DNA of 64,000 bases from an uncultured Planctomycetaceae bacterium (GTDB lineage Bacteria; Planctomycetota; Planctomycetia; Isosphaerales; Isosphaeraceae), in contig CAWIAD010000002.1 of NCBI GenBank assembly GCA_963833985.1, positions 4,864,001-4,928,000 on the forward strand, written 5' to 3'. Position 1 is the first letter of the stretch; every line of letters begins with the position of its first letter. Under the pieces are notes generated by a model, which searched no databases, was not told where the DNA came from, and saw only the letters and a list, made by a program, of their open reading frames with translations. The position numbers and the translations under genes were made by a program. This document shows, piece by piece, positions 62,147 to 64,000 of the stretch.

Positions 62147-64000
62147 AATCCGAGTTCATCCAGTTCGCTCAATAGCATCGCCTCGGCATCGCCCGGCGCG
62201 AGGGCGGGACCCGGCGGGGGCGGGCCGGTCCACTCGCCCGCGGCGACGTCGAGCGTCGCGGCAAGGTGGTCGGCGATGCGCTCAATCGTCGGGAAATCAA
62301 AGATCAGGGTCGACGCGAACAGCCGCCCGGTCCGTCGCTCCAGCCGGGTCTTCAGCTCCACCCCCATGAGCGAATCGAAGCCGAAGCGGCAGAACTCCAC
62401 GCCGGTCTTGACCTCGGACGGGTCGTCAAGGCCGAGCGTCCGGGCGACCTCATCGCGGACCAGGCCGACGATCGCGGCGCGACGTTCCTCACCCGGCAGC
62501 TCCCGCAGCCTCTCGCACCAGGACGACACCGCCGCGCCCGGGATGGCGGCATCGTCCGCGGAGGCGGCGGGCTCGTGCAGGCCCGGCCCCAGGCAAGCCA
62601 GGTCGATCACGATCTTGCCGACGTGCCGGGCCTGCGCCATGAACCGGAAGGCGTCGGCGACCCGATCGCCTGGGAAGCTCCGGACCGGGAGCGGAGGCAG
62701 CGACCCGTCGGCGACCGCCGCGAGCAGCTCGCCCAGCAGGCGCGGCAGCAGCCCGGGACGCTCCCGATCGACCTCGCGGAGGTCAAGGATCGTGTAGGCG
62801 ACATCGGGCCGGATCGCCGCGACCCGCTCCGGGGCCCAGGTCCCGACCTTGCCAATCTCGACGAATCGCCCGCCCTCGACAAGGAGTTCCAGGCTCCTCG
62901 GGATCATCTCGCCGGACAGGCTATTCAGAACGAGGTCGACTCCGCGGGCGCCGGCGGCGGCGCGGATCGCGGTGGCGAAGTCGGGCGATCGCGAGTCGGC
63001 CACGGCCGCCACGCCTCGCGATCGCAGCACATCCCATTTCCCGCGGCTCGCCGTCGCGTAGACCTCGGCCCCGGCGCGGGCCGCCAGGTTGACGGCCGCG
63101 AGCCCCACCCCGCCGGCCGCGGCGTGGATCAGGACGCGGTCGCCCCGACCAATCCGCCCGAGCTCGTGCAGGGCGCAGGACGCCGTGAGGTAGGCTATCG
63201 GCAGCGCGGCCCCGCCCTCGGCCGGCAGGGCCGCCGGCCGCGCCGCGACGTGGGACGCGCGGGCCAACACGTGCGAGCCGAGCCCGCCCTCGACCGGTCC
63301 GGCGACCACGGCATCGCCGACCGAGAAGCGGTCGCCCCCCGCCCCGACTGCCACGACCCGCCCCGCCACCTCAAACCCGTACGGCCAACTCGACGGCGCC
63401 TCGAGCACCCCCAGCGCGAGCAGGACGTCGCGGAAGTTCAGCCCGGCCGCGTCGACCGCGATCTCGACCTCGCCGGGCCCGGGCGCGCGTCGCGGGTGTG
63501 GGACGAAGGCCAGCCGCTCCAGCGTGCCAGGCGCGGCACTGGTCAGCCGGAGCGACGACCCAGATCCCCGGCCTTCGGACGGCCCGTCGGGAATCCAGAT
63601 GCCACGACGCCGGGACAAATCGACAAATCGGCAGGTGGCGCCAGCTTCTCGCCGCGGAGGACCCGCTTCAGGACCTTTCCCGTCGGGCCCCTGGGGAGCG
63701 ATTCGGCGAACTCGATCTGCCCGGGGACCTTGTTCGGAGCCAGCGACCCCCGGCAGTGAGCCACCAGCTCCGACGCCGTGACTCGCGCGCCGGGCGTGGT
63801 CACGACCCGGGCGGCCACGACCTCGCCGAGGAGCTCGTCGGGGATCCCGAACACGGCGGCCTCCGCCACGCAGGGGTGCCGGCCCAGGACGCCCTCGATC
63901 TCGGCGGGGTACGCCTTCAACCCCCCGGTGTTGATCATGTCCTTGACGCGATCCAGCAAGTAGAAGTAACCCTCCTCGTCGCGTGTCCCGATATCGCCGG
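62143..64000 (-). CDS. PKS loading protein: acyl-CoA ligase/AMP-binding (partial) - enoylreductase - ACP; probable frameshift near 63655
   Basis: GDIG..DEEGYFYLLDRVKDMI..GKVLKR (ligase C-terminus), GLNFRDVL and LIHAAAGGVG (ER), GFDSLMGVEL (ACP). The gene runs off the window edge. Its stop overlaps the KS gene start. Confidence 0.85.
   Translation of the reverse strand, partial: RRYRDTRRGGLLLLAGSRQGHDQHRGVEGVPRRDRGRPGPAPLRGGGRRVRDPRRAPRRGRGRPGRDHARRASHGVGAGGSLPGVAGSEQGPRADRVRRIAPQGPDGKGPEAGPPRREAGATCRFVDLSRRRGIWIPDGPSEGRGSGSSLRLTSAAPGTLERLAFVPHPRRAPGPGEVEIAVDAAGLNFRDVLLALGVLEAPSSWPYGFEVAGRVVAVGAGGDRFSVGDAVVAGPVEGGLGSHVLARASHVAARPAALPAEGGAALPIAYLTASCALHELGRIGRGDRVLIHAAAGGVGLAAVNLAARAGAEVYATASRGKWDVLRSRGVAAVADSRSPDFATAIRAAAGARGVDLVLNSLSGEMIPRSLELLVEGGRFVEIGKVGTWAPERVAAIRPDVAYTILDLREVDRERPGLLPRLLGELLAAVADGSLPPLPVRSFPGDRVADAFRFMAQARHVGKIVIDLACLGPGLHEPAASADDAAIPGAAVSSWCERLRELPGEERRAAIVGLVRDEVARTLGLDDPSEVKTGVEFCRFGFDSLMGVELKTRLERRTGRLFASTLIFDFPTIERIADHLAATLDVAAGEWTGPPPPGPALAPGDAEAMLLSELDELGL

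Overview
A GC-rich bacterial chromosomal window. Gene content suggests a planctomycete (PPC-domain, DUF4159, BatA/MoxR, PEP-CTERM, Tat-exported Gfo/Idh/MocA and Sm-like proteins); this taxonomy is inference. About ten otherwise intact genes carry single-base frameshifts, which most likely reflects unpolished long-read assembly. In order, the window holds: secreted glycoside hydrolases; a MoxR-DUF58-BatA-vWA operon interrupted by a Uma2 gene, an IS1380 remnant and a protease-like pseudogene; two tandem DUF4159 paralogs with near-identical, C-skewed 1.3 kb 3' halves; a class II photolyase; a lower-GC exopolysaccharide cluster; a Ser/Thr kinase plus FHA-GAF-PP2C phosphatase; a small lower-GC island; and part of a type I PKS locus with a CoA-ligase-ER-ACP loading module. 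The strongest candidate for an under-described system is a compact four-gene type VII-secretion-like module at 44.6-50.1 kb. It encodes three WXG100-like helical proteins (two with W-x-D motifs) and a membrane-anchored coiled-coil FtsK/EssC-like ATPase, with no other T7SS component in the window. No rRNA, tRNA or CRISPR array was seen. All family calls come from motif recognition by eye; no searches were run.
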